This document shows, piece by piece, positions 34,429 through 44,598 of a stretch of DNA of 64,000 bases. The stretch's first letter is position 1. Each line of letters opens with the position of its first letter. Below the pieces are notes generated by a model that saw nothing but the letters and a program-made list of their open reading frames with translations, was not told the origin of the DNA and did no database searches. The position numbers were made by a program, and so were the translations under genes. The DNA comes from Rhabdochlamydiaceae bacterium (GTDB taxonomy: Bacteria > Chlamydiota > Chlamydiia > Chlamydiales > Rhabdochlamydiaceae): contig JAJREF010000005.1 in NCBI GenBank assembly GCA_047459655.1, positions 128,001 to 192,000 of the forward strand. Direction: 5' to 3'.

Positions 34429-35484
34429 ATGCGTTTTGTGACTATTCATATGGGAGCTGACACCTATCTTGATCATTTAGGAGTGCTATCTATTTTGTTA
34501 GATATTCCAATGATAGTTACCGATCCAGAAACATTTCACGTAGCTCAGCGGTTTTATCCAAAGCTAAAATGTGTTCTCAAAGACCCGCTTGATTTATCGC
34601 TGCCATTTTTAGCTAACCATTACGATGTCATCCTGATGTCAGGACGTTTTCTAGCAGATGAAATGATCCCCCTTTTTGACCTTTTATTTCGTAAAAAAAT
34701 GCGGATGATCTATTGCCCGCATGGGAATTCTGATAAAGGTTATTCTTTACAAGATACACCTAGCCAAGATATTTCCCTTGTCTATGGACAGCACATGATA
34801 GATCTTTTACAGAAAATAGGAGCGTTAGAGAAGATCTCTTCATATGTTGTGACAGGTAATTTTCGGGCTCATTTTTATTTAGAAAACAAGTCTTATTACG
34901 ACTCCATCACTCACCAGTTACTAGGTCCTCACATAGATAAAAATAAAAAAACACTTCTATATGCTCCAACTTTTTCAGACAAGGAAAATACCTCATCCTT
35001 TTTTAGCAAGTGTGAGAAAATTATTGAAGGCTTACATCCAAACTTTAATCTAGTGATTAAGCTTCATCCTGGCTTAGAAGAGCAAGCTCTTGCGCATACT
35101 CACTACGTCAGAGAAAAGTACAAAAAAATAGAAAATGTTGTTTTTCTTTCATCCTTTCCTATGATCTATCCTCTTCTCAATTTTTGTGATGGATACCTTG
35201 GAGATTTTTCTTCCATTGGATATGATATGCTGTTTTTTAAAAAGCCGATGTTCTTTTTTGGATCAAATGCGGGTATTATTTATCGGTGTGGGCAGGAAGT
35301 TCCAGCAGATGGAGATATTCTATCGTTTATATTGGAAAATTGGGATTGGAATGTAACCCACTTTGTTTCTATTAGAAAAGAAATCTACAGCTATACCTTT
35401 GGAAGAAAGCAATCAGGGAAAGAGATGTTGCGAAAAATTAAAAGAGCCCTACTAAATCGTAGAGCTCTTGATAGAGAAAATTAG
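34429..35484 (+). CDS. CDP-glycerol glycerophosphotransferase (TagB/TagF-like) family protein 2
   Basis: 'PHGNSDKG', 'LYAPTF', 'IKLHP', 'GDFSSIGYDM..KPMFF'; paralog of the preceding gene. Confidence 0.85.
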   Translation: MRFVTIHMGADTYLDHLGVLSILLDIPMIVTDPETFHVAQRFYPKLKCVLKDPLDLSLPFLANHYDVILMSGRFLADEMIPLFDLLFRKKMRMIYCPHGNSDKGYSLQDTPSQDISLVYGQHMIDLLQKIGALEKISSYVVTGNFRAHFYLENKSYYDSITHQLLGPHIDKNKKTLLYAPTFSDKENTSSFFSKCEKIIEGLHPNFNLVIKLHPGLEEQALAHTHYVREKYKKIENVVFLSSFPMIYPLLNFCDGYLGDFSSIGYDMLFFKKPMFFFGSNAGIIYRCGQEVPADGDILSFILENWDWNVTHFVSIRKEIYSYTFGRKQSGKEMLRKIKRALLNRRALDREN

Positions 35485-35678
35485 TTAGACTGAGAAACTG
35501 GAGCTTCTGGAGCAACAGGAGTTTCTCCATTAGCAACTACTGGATTAGTTTCGTCTTTCTTTTCTTCGGGAACGGTAACAGCAACAGATGTTTCACAACC
35601 TGAGCATTCATTGGCAGTAACCAAAGAGCTTGTTCCACAGATAGCAGCTAGCAGTAACATCCAAACGTTCTTTTTCAT
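35481..35678 (-). CDS. Small exported acidic protein with CxxC (65 aa)
   Basis: AGGGAG RBS, start MKKNVWMLLLAAICG (signal peptide), 'ECSGC', Pro/Glu tail. Confidence 0.7.
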   Translation of the reverse strand: MKKNVWMLLLAAICGTSSLVTANECSGCETSVAVTVPEEKKDETNPVVANGETPVAPEAPVSQSN

Positions 35679-35778
35679 ACAAATCTCCCTTTTTGGTGGT
35701 TTTAAAAGAATGGCCTCATTTTTCCAAATTCCTTCATTTCTTGTCAACGAATCATATAAAAAAAATTGAGTTTAAAAA

Positions 35779-35808
35779 TTGACATTTATAAGAGGTCTTT
35801 CCTATACT
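35779..35808 (+). promoter_or_regulatory. Putative sigma66 promoter
   Basis: TTGACA-N18-TATACT upstream of ORF 35846. Confidence 0.6.
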
Positions 35809-35845
35809 TCTTCCTTTCGATGGGTCGTTTAAAAGGGAAATTGCT

Positions 35846-36592
35846 ATGCAATTAGTTACATATATGGGGGCTATGGCCCAATTCATGAGGAGAGCTCTTC
35901 CAGATCAAGACCTTTCTTTTAGAAATATTTGGGATAAATTTCGATATGATCTTGAACAAACTTATTTGAAAATTTCGCTTGCAGAGGCAATCATACAAAC
36001 ATCCGTGCTTCGGCCCGCTAATCTTTTTTCTGCAAATAATCCTTTTGTTCAAGAACTAGTCCGCTGTTTAGCTGTTTTCCAGGTGACAAAACCTATTTTT
36101 CAATTAATGAAAAGTGACTCTATTTCGGATTTTCTAGATGATTTAGAGTGTAAAGCAGGGAAAGATGCTATTGTTTCTGCCCCTCGATTTAAGGAAAATG
36201 GCCTTTTACACATTTTACAGTTATCTTCCATATTTGTTAAATTTTTTGTAGATTTTGCTGTTGGCTTATCTTTTCTTGGTAAGAGAGGGCTGCTTGGTAG
36301 AATTAATGCTTCATTCCCAGAGGATGGATTTGCTTTAAAAAACGGCGCATCACTGCTGTTCCATTTGGTTAATATCTACATGAGAGCCGTTCCTTTAAAA
36401 GAGTTTGAAGTCTTAAAAAGCAAGCAGATGTATAATAGGGAAGCTATAAACGTTTTAAGTTGGTTTGATTCTTCCGTTAAGGCCGTTGCTTTGGGGTGTA
36501 TGTTCTTGGAAAGGAGAAGCGTTGGTGGTCAACCGTTAAAATTTGCTGCTATAGCTTTTTATGGAGTCAGTGTGGTGTCTAAATGGTGTTAA
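35846..36592 (+). CDS. Hypothetical protein with hydrophobic segments
   Basis: 248-aa ORF with promoter-like site; no recognised family. Confidence 0.65.
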   Translation: MQLVTYMGAMAQFMRRALPDQDLSFRNIWDKFRYDLEQTYLKISLAEAIIQTSVLRPANLFSANNPFVQELVRCLAVFQVTKPIFQLMKSDSISDFLDDLECKAGKDAIVSAPRFKENGLLHILQLSSIFVKFFVDFAVGLSFLGKRGLLGRINASFPEDGFALKNGASLLFHLVNIYMRAVPLKEFEVLKSKQMYNREAINVLSWFDSSVKAVALGCMFLERRSVGGQPLKFAAIAFYGVSVVSKWC

Positions 36593-36734
36593 ATTACTGG
36601 GTTGAAGCAGATTGTCAAATGAGTAGTCGCCGATTTTATGAGCACCATCTTGATGATTGAAGATGGTAGTTATAAACGCAGATTCACTTAAATTTAGGGA
36701 AACGTAGGTGTGTTTTAGCTGTATGAAAGCTCAA

Positions 36735-36807
36735 GGGGTGTTAGCTCAGTTGGTAGAGCGCAACGATGGCATTGTTGAGGTCAGCGGTTCGATCCCGCTA
36801 CACTCCA
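36735..36807 (+). tRNA. tRNA-Ala(GGC)
   Basis: GGGGTGT acceptor, D arm GCTC-AGTTGGTA-GAGC, anticodon arm CAACG-AT-GGC-AT-TGTTG, T arm AGCGG-TTCGATC-CCGCT. Confidence 0.97.
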
Positions 36808-36851
36808 TTTTTAAGACCTATGAACCTGAATTTTGCAACTACCTCAGATGT

Positions 36852-38513
36852 CTATTCACTTTCTAAAAGATCTAAGAAGGCGTGTAGCTGTTTCGAGCGT
36901 GTGGGGTGGCGCATTTTACGGAGCGCTTTTGCTTCTATCTGTCTCACTCTTTCTCTTGTCACTTTAAAGCGAACGCCGACTTCTTCAAGGGTTTTTGGTT
37001 TCCCGTCAAGGAGTCCAAATCTTTCAATGAGGACGGTTCTTTCTCTTTCAGTGAGAGTGGACAAGACTTCTCCCATCTTATCTTTTAAGATGGCATAGCC
37101 TGTTGCTTCAGCAGGAGATTCTATAGTTGTATCTTCTAGAAAATCTCCAAATTGGCTTTCTCTCCATCTCCGACTTCAGCTTGCAAAGAAATTGGGTGCT
37201 GCGCAATTTTATAGATCTCACGCACTCTTTCGGGTGTTAAATCTAGCTCAATTGCTAATTCTTCAGGAGTAGGCTCTCTGCCGGTTTCCATCATGAGCTT
37301 TTTAGCGCCTCTGAGGACCTTGTTGATTGTTTCAATCATATGAACAGGGATGCGGATGGTGCGAGCCTGGTCAGCAATAGCTCTTGTGACAGCTTGTCTA
37401 ATCCACCATGTTGCATAGGTGGAAAATTTATAGCCTCGGCGGTACTCAAATTTTTCTACTGCTTTCATAAGGCCCATATTTCCTTCTTGGATTAAATCAA
37501 GGAAAGAAAGGCCTCTATTTGTATATTTTTTTGCAATCGAGATAACAAGACGTAGGTTGGACTCTACCATTTCTCTTTTTGCTTCTTGGCTCTTGTCCAT
37601 CCAGCGTTGTAGCATGCGGACGTCTTTTTTAAACTCGTCGAGCGTTCTTCCTGCGGCTAGCTCGCGTTTGCTCAATTTGCGTTGGACGGCGAGAAGTTTA
37701 GCAGCTGCAAATTTGTTTTTTTCTGCTCTTGGAATCAACTCTTGCATCTCTTTTTCTAAGCTTAAAAATCTGTCATAGGCAGTGAGAATCACTTCGCCGA
37801 AGTCTTCGATGATGTTATGGCGAAGATGCATTTGACGTAGGTAAGCTTGTGTGCGGATTCTGCTCTTTTCGAGATTTTCTAGGATTTTAGACTTGTCGAG
37901 TTTTTTTAGATTTGGATCTCGGAGCTCGACTAAATAATTTTGTAAGACAGCGTCTTCCTCTTTGAGGAGGTTGCATAATTTTAAAAGGATGGTCAGGTAA
38001 TGGGCCTTATCGGTCACTTCTTTTTCAGAGATAACCTTATCGAACCTTTCTTTATTCGTGATGAGGTAGTTGGCAATTGAAATGGCTTCTTGTCGAGTAG
38101 CGGAAACGGAGAATGATTTTTTCAACTTGGATCTGAGCTTTTTCAATTCTCTCGGAGATCTCCACTTCTTCTTCTCGAGTTAGAAGTGGAACAGATCCCA
38201 TTTCTTTCAAATACATCCGCACAGGATCGTCTGATGTGCCTTCTGTTCTTTTTCCAAGGCTTTCGATTTCCTTTGCTTCTTTCTTACGCTCCTTTTGGCG
38301 TTCTACATCTGCTTGGTTTTGAACTTGAATGTCCATTCCGCTCAAGAAAATCAAAACCTGATCGATTTGCTCGGGTGAGTCAAACGTCATTGGTAAGATT
38401 TCGTTGATTTCTTCGTATGTGATGTAGCCTTGTTCTTTGGCTAGGGATACCAGCTCTTCAACTTTTTGTTGATGCTGTTGATTAAAAATGTTTGAAAAAT
38501 TACCTTTACTCAT
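36852..38513 (-). CDS. rpoD: Primary sigma factor sigma66/RpoD (frameshifted)
   Basis: '[12 protein letters not shown]', '[12 protein letters not shown]', 'YATWWIRQA', '[15 protein letters not shown]'. Confidence 0.97.
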
Positions 38514-38561
38514 GCAATTTCTTAATCATCCAATGATTATTCAGTTAAAGTCAAGAGGTCT

Positions 38562-39338
38562 ATGCAATTATACGCTCTACACAAGCAAGTTCCCATACTC
38601 GCCCAAGCTGCCTCAAAAAAACAACACTACCAGTGTCCCGAATGCGCAAGTCTTGTTCAAGTAAGAGGAGGCCCTCATCGTCAGCTTCACTATTTCCACG
38701 TTCGCAAAAATAGGCACTGCCGCCAACACTCTAAAAGTATAGCACATTTAAAAATCCAGCTCCACCTTAAATCCTTAATTCCTGAGGTTACTCTAGAGAA
38801 ATCTTTTCCTGCCATCGGCAGAATTGCAGATGTTGCATGGGAAGAAAGAAAAATTGTTTTTGAAATACAGTGCTCTCCTATTTCTAAAGAAGAGGTGGAA
38901 AGTAGGTGTAGAGATTACGAAAAAGCAGGCTACACTCCTGTTTGGATTCTCTATGCCAAACGTTTTAATAAAAGAAATTTAACGGCAGCAGAAAGCTTTT
39001 TAAGGAAAAGACCCTGTTTTTTTGCCGATGGTTTTAAAATCTACGACCAGTTTGAAATTATTCACAGGGGAAAAGAGTTCTTGCGGGGCCCGCCCCTAGT
39101 CGTCTTGCTCAACCAACCTCTTTCTAAGATCCCTTCCTTGACAAGCCCTCCTTTAGCAGTCTCTGTCAGAGCGTGGCCCATCTCTTTTCAAGGAGATCTT
39201 TTACACAGGCTCTCTGAGGGAACCCTTCCCCACCTAAAATATTTAGAGAAAAGATTTGCTAAACATTCCACCTTGTTTAGTTGGAAAGGTTTCTACCGCG
39301 AGCTTTTTTATAACTTGCTTGCCCGATTAACTCATTAA
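38562..39338 (+). CDS. CoiA-like competence/nuclease-domain protein
   Basis: 'YQCPEC...HYFH...C...H' zinc-binding N-terminus, 'RIADV', 'FEIQCSPI', 'PVWI'. Confidence 0.85.
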   Translation: MQLYALHKQVPILAQAASKKQHYQCPECASLVQVRGGPHRQLHYFHVRKNRHCRQHSKSIAHLKIQLHLKSLIPEVTLEKSFPAIGRIADVAWEERKIVFEIQCSPISKEEVESRCRDYEKAGYTPVWILYAKRFNKRNLTAAESFLRKRPCFFADGFKIYDQFEIIHRGKEFLRGPPLVVLLNQPLSKIPSLTSPPLAVSVRAWPISFQGDLLHRLSEGTLPHLKYLEKRFAKHSTLFSWKGFYRELFYNLLARLTH

Positions 39339-39787
39339 AGATGAGCGGTATTTGAGGATCCAGAAATAGCCCAGGAGCCCGAGAATAATCAGAGCATTAA
39401 AACATTTTTTGGAGGGGAAGGATTTTTCTAAAGAAGATATGGCAGGGTTTTTATGACTATACCATACAACCCAGCTGTGTTGTTTTTTTTGTGCCACTCC
39501 TTGTTCAGCAGAGGGACGATTTAAATAGTAGGGTTTTGAAAAAATCATTTGTCCATTCCACTCTTTTCCCTCTAAAGAAAAGGTGTTAAAAGCTTCGATA
39601 GCTAGCTTGGAGGGGAATATTCTACTATTTTCCATGTATTCACTTGGACAGCGGTAGCCCGATCGAGTTGTGTGTAAGAATAGAGCGCGACCCCGCTACA
39701 GAGCAAAACCAGCCTGCAGCTAACCCGACAATCATAAATAAGACCTTGAACATATCTCCCCAAAACAGGTAGAATACAGCTCATCAA
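39327..39787 (-). CDS. Hypothetical membrane-associated protein (frameshifted)
   Basis: ORFs 39602-39787 and 39327-39635 overlap; hydrophobic ends. Confidence 0.45.
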
Positions 39788-39807
39788 TATTTATTTCAGG
39801 TTAATTT

Positions 39808-40101
39808 ATGTCAGAAGAAAAAAAAGTAAGTGAAAAAGGTCTCAAAAAACGTACTCCTTCAGCTCAAAAGAGGGATCTACAGAACGAAAGAAAAAAGCAT
39901 CACAACCACGGTTTAAAAGCCAAAGTTAAGACGGCGATTCGTGCGTTCGAAGATTCTGTGACTGCTGGCAACAAAGCAGATGCGAAAAAGCACCTCAATC
40001 TCGTCTACAGCTTGATGGACAAAGGCGTTAAGACAAACTTGTTCAAGATGAACAAGGCGTCTAGAGCTAAATCAAGACTTTCTGCACGCGTTGCAAAATA
40101 G
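39808..40101 (+). CDS. rpsT: 30S ribosomal protein S20
   Basis: 'SAQKRDLQNERK..HN..KAKVKTAIR', 'NKASRAKSRLS'. Confidence 0.97.
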   Translation: MSEEKKVSEKGLKKRTPSAQKRDLQNERKKHHNHGLKAKVKTAIRAFEDSVTAGNKADAKKHLNLVYSLMDKGVKTNLFKMNKASRAKSRLSARVAK

Positions 40102-40110
40102 ATCTTCTTA

Positions 40111-40163
40111 GAGCCAGTTGCAAAACTCGAGATTCGATAGAATCTGAGTTTTGCAACTGTCTC
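40111..40163. repeat. Minimal 53-bp palindromic element with family A-like ends; probable bidirectional terminator
   Basis: GAGCCAGTTGCAAAACTC...GAGTTTTGCAACTGTCTC, CTTA on both flanks, between convergent genes. Confidence 0.75.
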
Positions 40164-40164
40164 C

Positions 40165-41103
40165 TTAGGCTAGCAGAGTTTTCCAATCGATTGTTCCAAT
40201 TACAATTCCGAGCATACAGAGAATGTTGGCTTTCCAGTTAACTTTCTCTTTGTATAGCCATTGCCCCCAGAGATTACAGAGTACGATGATCGTGATAGCA
40301 AAAAGTGGATAGATCATCGCATGTTCAAATGAAGTAGCAACTTCTGTACTCCAAATCATAAAAAATGTTCCAATTCCGTTAGCAATACCTCCAAAGATCC
40401 CATAAATAACCTCCCCTTTATAGAGTTTTCTCTTCTCTTTGGAGAAGATGAAGGATTGGATGACAAAAGCAGCGCAAAAGGCCATTGGCATGAACCATTG
40501 ACTTTTTACATCATCGGTATCAAAAGAAAGAAGGAGTCCGTTGGCATCTGGGAAATTGATAAAAAGAGCTCGCCAGCTTAGAAATACAAGAAAAATCACG
40601 TGGAGAAAAAAAGCGGCTGTGACAAAACTCACCCAGTTTGCTTTTTTTTCACCACTCCCTCCTGTTTGCCACCCTGCCCAAAACAGCCCTAGTAGTACAA
40701 TAACAGATCCAAGGGCATGCCATAGGGTATAGAGATATCCAAAAGCGCTTCCGAAGCAACAGGCCATGACAATACTTGGCATCACGGTTGATCCGTTAAG
40801 CGCCGCAAAAGTAAGTCCTGGAGGGCCTGTTTCTAGCGCTCTTCCCAAACATGCCATCATGAACGCTAAAACAATCCCTCCTGCAACTCCAAATAAAGCC
40901 ATGCTCGAGCTCCACTGGTAATTGCCACTTCTAACGGGATTGAGTAAAATTGCAATCAAAAACACTAAGAAAAACTGAATCATCAAGAAAGCTTTGGTAG
41001 ATCCTCCTGAATCAATACTTTTACGCATACAGTAATTCGATGTTGCGACAAATAAACCAGCTAAGATCATGAGTTCTGTTCCAAGCATGCAATACCTCTC
41101 CAT
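40165..41103 (-). CDS. DMT/EamA-like multi-TM membrane protein
   Basis: About 10 hydrophobic segments in two halves, 'LYKEKVN' near the C-terminus. Confidence 0.75.
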   Translation of the reverse strand: MERYCMLGTELMILAGLFVATSNYCMRKSIDSGGSTKAFLMIQFFLVFLIAILLNPVRSGNYQWSSSMALFGVAGGIVLAFMMACLGRALETGPPGLTFAALNGSTVMPSIVMACCFGSAFGYLYTLWHALGSVIVLLGLFWAGWQTGGSGEKKANWVSFVTAAFFLHVIFLVFLSWRALFINFPDANGLLLSFDTDDVKSQWFMPMAFCAAFVIQSFIFSKEKRKLYKGEVIYGIFGGIANGIGTFFMIWSTEVATSFEHAMIYPLFAITIIVLCNLWGQWLYKEKVNWKANILCMLGIVIGTIDWKTLLA

Positions 41104-41130
41104 TACAAGAGGAGAAGTCTATTATTTATT

Positions 41131-41949
41131 TTAGCAAGATGCAAGAAAAATCGAGGAGTCTATTTTTTGGACGTTGATGATAGGATAGGAGAAAAATTTT
41201 TCACCTAGCAAGGGGAATTTCTCGGGTGCATCGGAGACGTAAAAATCGTAGGTGGGAGGTGTCATAGAAACACGTAAGAGGTGTAGGTTTGTGAGGTGCT
41301 CTTTGACGGATTGCGCGCATCCTATAGCAGGATCGATTAAAGAAACAGGATGGGGAAAGTAGTTTTGGATTTGTCTAGATAAAAGAGGGAAATGGGTACA
41401 CCCCAGCAAGATAGTGTCAGCAGAGGTGAGAGATTGTAGGTACTCATGGATGGTTAATGCGGTTAAGGGGTGATCGATGAAACCTTCTTCGACCAAGTTA
41501 ACAAAGAGTTGACAAGGGATCCCGGTAATATCGATATGGTGACATTTTTCTTGGATCAATTTTTGATAAATCCCTGATGTAATGGTTGCACGAGTTCCAA
41601 GAATTGCCACTTTTTTTGCATGAGGAAGAAGTGCAATTTGTTCAACAGCTGGATGGGTAACACCTATAACAGGAATAGGGAATAGTTTTTGGAGCGTGTC
41701 AAGAGATAAGCAGCAGGCTGTATGGCAAGCTACGACGAGTAATTTGATATTTTGCGCGATGAGAAAAGAAGCATTTTCAATGGCGTAACGAAGGACAGTC
41801 TCTTTGCTTTTAGTTCCATAGGGGATTCTAGCGGTGTCGCCAAAGTAGACAATGTTTTCAAAGGGAAGGGCTTCCCGGATGGTTTTCATGACAGTCAGGC
41901 CCCCAAAACCTGAGTCAAAAATTCCAATGCTCTTATCTGAGTGGGGCAT
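41131..41949 (-). CDS. murI: Glutamate racemase
   Basis: 'IGIFDSGFGGLTV', 'DTARIPYG', 'VVACHTA', 'LLGCTHFP'. Confidence 0.95.
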   Translation of the reverse strand: MPHSDKSIGIFDSGFGGLTVMKTIREALPFENIVYFGDTARIPYGTKSKETVLRYAIENASFLIAQNIKLLVVACHTACCLSLDTLQKLFPIPVIGVTHPAVEQIALLPHAKKVAILGTRATITSGIYQKLIQEKCHHIDITGIPCQLFVNLVEEGFIDHPLTALTIHEYLQSLTSADTILLGCTHFPLLSRQIQNYFPHPVSLIDPAIGCAQSVKEHLTNLHLLRVSMTPPTYDFYVSDAPEKFPLLGEKFFSYPIINVQKIDSSIFLASC

Positions 41950-42512
41950 ATGGTTCAGGTAGCTGAAGAGTTTGGCCGATGAGGATTTTATCGCCTTCAA
42001 GACGATTGATTGTTTTTAAGGTTTCAACAGAGGTTCCATGGGCTTTAGCAATTTTTGTAAGAGAGTCACCATTCTTTACTTGATAATAGGATGTTTTTTT
42101 TGATTCGATGTAGTGCGAAACGGAGACAAGGGCGCTTTTTACCTGATCTATATCTGCTATTTTTCGATCAAGAGCTTGAATATGATCTCCATATGAGGCG
42201 CTACGCTTTAGATCGGTTGATACTTTGTCTTGTGTTTTTTCAAGGAGTGTATTTTTTTCCTAAAACAGTCAGCTCTTCTTCTAAGTAATCAGTTTTAGAA
42301 GCGGTTTGATTTTCTAATTTTTCTTCTAAGAGGTGTAACTCTATTTCTGTTGCATGGATAGAGTGTTTGAGATCGGCAATTTCTGTTCGTATCTCTTCTA
42401 AGAGGGCTCCATTATCTTTAAATCTTTGGAGCGCGGCAAAGGGGGAGACGCATCCCCCCATTATTGCTAATGCTCCAATAAAAAAAACTGTTTTCAAAGT
42501 TAAGGTTGGCAT
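41933..42512 (-). CDS. LysM-domain lipoprotein with coiled coil (frameshift ~42255)
   Basis: Lipobox-like 'MGGC'; downstream frame reads YQVKNGDSLTKIAKAHGTSVETLKTINRLEGDKILIGQTLQLP. Confidence 0.88.
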
Positions 42513-42514
42513 AT

Positions 42515-43179
42515 TTATTTTTTATATATACGGAAGTGCCCGCGTCTATTTTGCGACCAAGCATCGGGATCATGCCCCTCTTTGAAAGGCATTTCCTTTC
42601 CGCACGATATCGTGTGTACTTGGCGTGCGTCGACACCTTCTTTGACTAAAAGTGAACGGACATAGTTAGCTCTTTTTGCACCGAGTGCCATGTTGTAAGC
42701 TCCAGGGCCTCTTTCATCGCAGTGGCCTTCAACGATGATAGCAACACCAGGGTGAGCTTTTAAATAAGAGATCATCCGATGAATGGTTTCTAGGTGTTCT
42801 TTATTCTTTAAGACATATTCATCTGTGTTAAAGAAGACGGGTTTAAAAATAGAGGCAAGCTCTCCTTGAGGATCTGAGAATTCATTGGCTCCAGGGACTC
42901 CATCTTCACCGAGAGAGGAAATGGGAGTTGCATCGTTTTTGAATTGATTTTTTAGATCATCTTCATTCAATGGGATGAATTCCTCAGAAGAAAGCATCAA
43001 CGCATGATCTTCTGAAGCATCTTCCCCGCTTTCCCATAGAGAAGAGCTGTTTTTTTGGACTGTTGATAAGTTCCATTTGGTTGATCATCCCATGTGTTGG
43101 GGGATCTATGTTGACATCCGGCCATCCACAATATTGCTGGGCCGAGCAAAAAAATCTTCAAAAGTTGCGTTTTTTTCAT
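42515..43179 (-). CDS. pal: Peptidoglycan-associated lipoprotein (frameshifted)
   Basis: Lipobox 'MAGC'; OmpA-like 'EGHCDERG..YNMALGAKRA', 'NRRG'. Confidence 0.93.
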
Positions 43180-43212
43180 AATTTATCCTTAGCGGTAGTT
43201 ATAACTACTTCC

Positions 43213-44589
43213 TTAATGATTTCCCCATGTCGGGTAGTGTTTCACACCAGGGCCTTGGGAAATCTTTATAGCTTCTGGTTGATTTAAATTCACAATATAT
43301 AAATCTGAAGATACAGCATCTGTGGCATCAAACACAATATGATTACTATCAGATGCCCAAGAAGGATTTTCTTTGATCCCCGGCCCTTCTGTCAGCTGCT
43401 TTTCTTCTTTTGTTTCGAAATCATAAATCCAAATTTGGCGTACACCATTTGTTTTAGCGCTATAGGCTAATTTTTTTCCATCAGGAGACCAAGCTGGGCA
43501 AGAATTTTCCTGATTTTCTTTGGAAATCAAAATGGGAGTGGCTCGCTTGCCTTGGAATCTAGCTGGGATAATGTAGATCCGAGGAGATCCATCTTTGTCA
43601 GATACAAAGGCAACTCTTAGACCCGTCAGGACTAAATGTGGGAGAAGCTTGGGTAGCTTTTGGAAAAGAGAATAACTGGACGGGTTTTCCCACTTCTCCT
43701 GTTTCAGGATGAAACTCTTGAAGGAACAGGTCGATATTTCCTCCTGCATCTGAAATAAATGCAATTTTATCTCTTTTTGGGGAAATAGCTGGGAGCATTT
43801 GATGTCCTTTCAGATCGATCAATCGTTTTCCTGCTCCATCTTTCAAAGAAGCAAGGAAAATCTTGGGTTGTCCAGATTTGTAAGATACATATAGAAAGCG
43901 GTCGTTGGCAAATTTTGTATGAGGAGGAATAAAGACAGGTGTTACGCAATAACTGCCCTCTTTTGTGATCTGTTTTGGGTTAGCGCCATCCCAATCACAC
44001 GACCAAATTTCAGAGACCCAATCTCTTTTATGGGAGGGCTTTTGTTTAACAGAGTAAAGGATGCGTGTGCTTGCAATCCCATCTGTTCCAAACAGCGCTT
44101 TGTGGACAGCATCTGCTGCAACGTGGATTTGGTGGCGATCTTTTCCGATAATACCTGTTAAGGGAATGTCTGTAAATTGTTTAAGAGATCCTGTTTCTGA
44201 GGAGAAAACAGTGAGGGATAGCATCTTGTTCTCAATTTTAGCTTGTACAACGTGGGCTGCTCCAAAATTTCTCCATACCATGGGATTAAAAGCTGCGCTT
44301 AAATTTTTGTGTGCAAGCACTGCTTCTTTTTCTGCAGAGAGGGCATGATTTTTGTAGACCCATTATAATTAAAATCATAGGCGAGGATGTCTTCCAGAAG
44401 ACTTACATATTTAGCATCAACCCCTTCACCAGACTTTACTACTTTACCAAAATAGAGAGGCTCTAGAGAATTTGTAGTGGGAAGGTAGACGCGGATTTCC
44501 TGGGCATCTTTAGGTGGTTCATCCGATGCGCAGACAGATAACGTAGATATAAGGCTTAGGGAAAATATTATTTTATGTAAAAATCGCAT
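43213..44589 (-). CDS. tolB: Tol-Pal beta-propeller protein (frameshifted)
   Basis: PD40 repeats 'PAISP', 'PTFSPDG', 'PAWSPDGKKLAY', 'PSW'; operon context. Confidence 0.93.
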
Positions 44590-44598
44590 AATTTTAAC

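Noticed and set aside
35846..36850. Genomic island integrated at tRNA-Ala
   Set aside because: No integrase and no duplicated tRNA 3' end seen; rpoD lies directly downstream.
36766..37098. Plus-strand ORF overlapping tRNA-Ala and rpoD
   Set aside because: Antisense shadow of rpoD that starts inside the tRNA.
4080..40163. CRISPR array or integron attC interpretation of the palindromic repeats
   Set aside because: Copies are dispersed singly, not regularly spaced with spacers or cassettes; no cas or integrase genes in the window.
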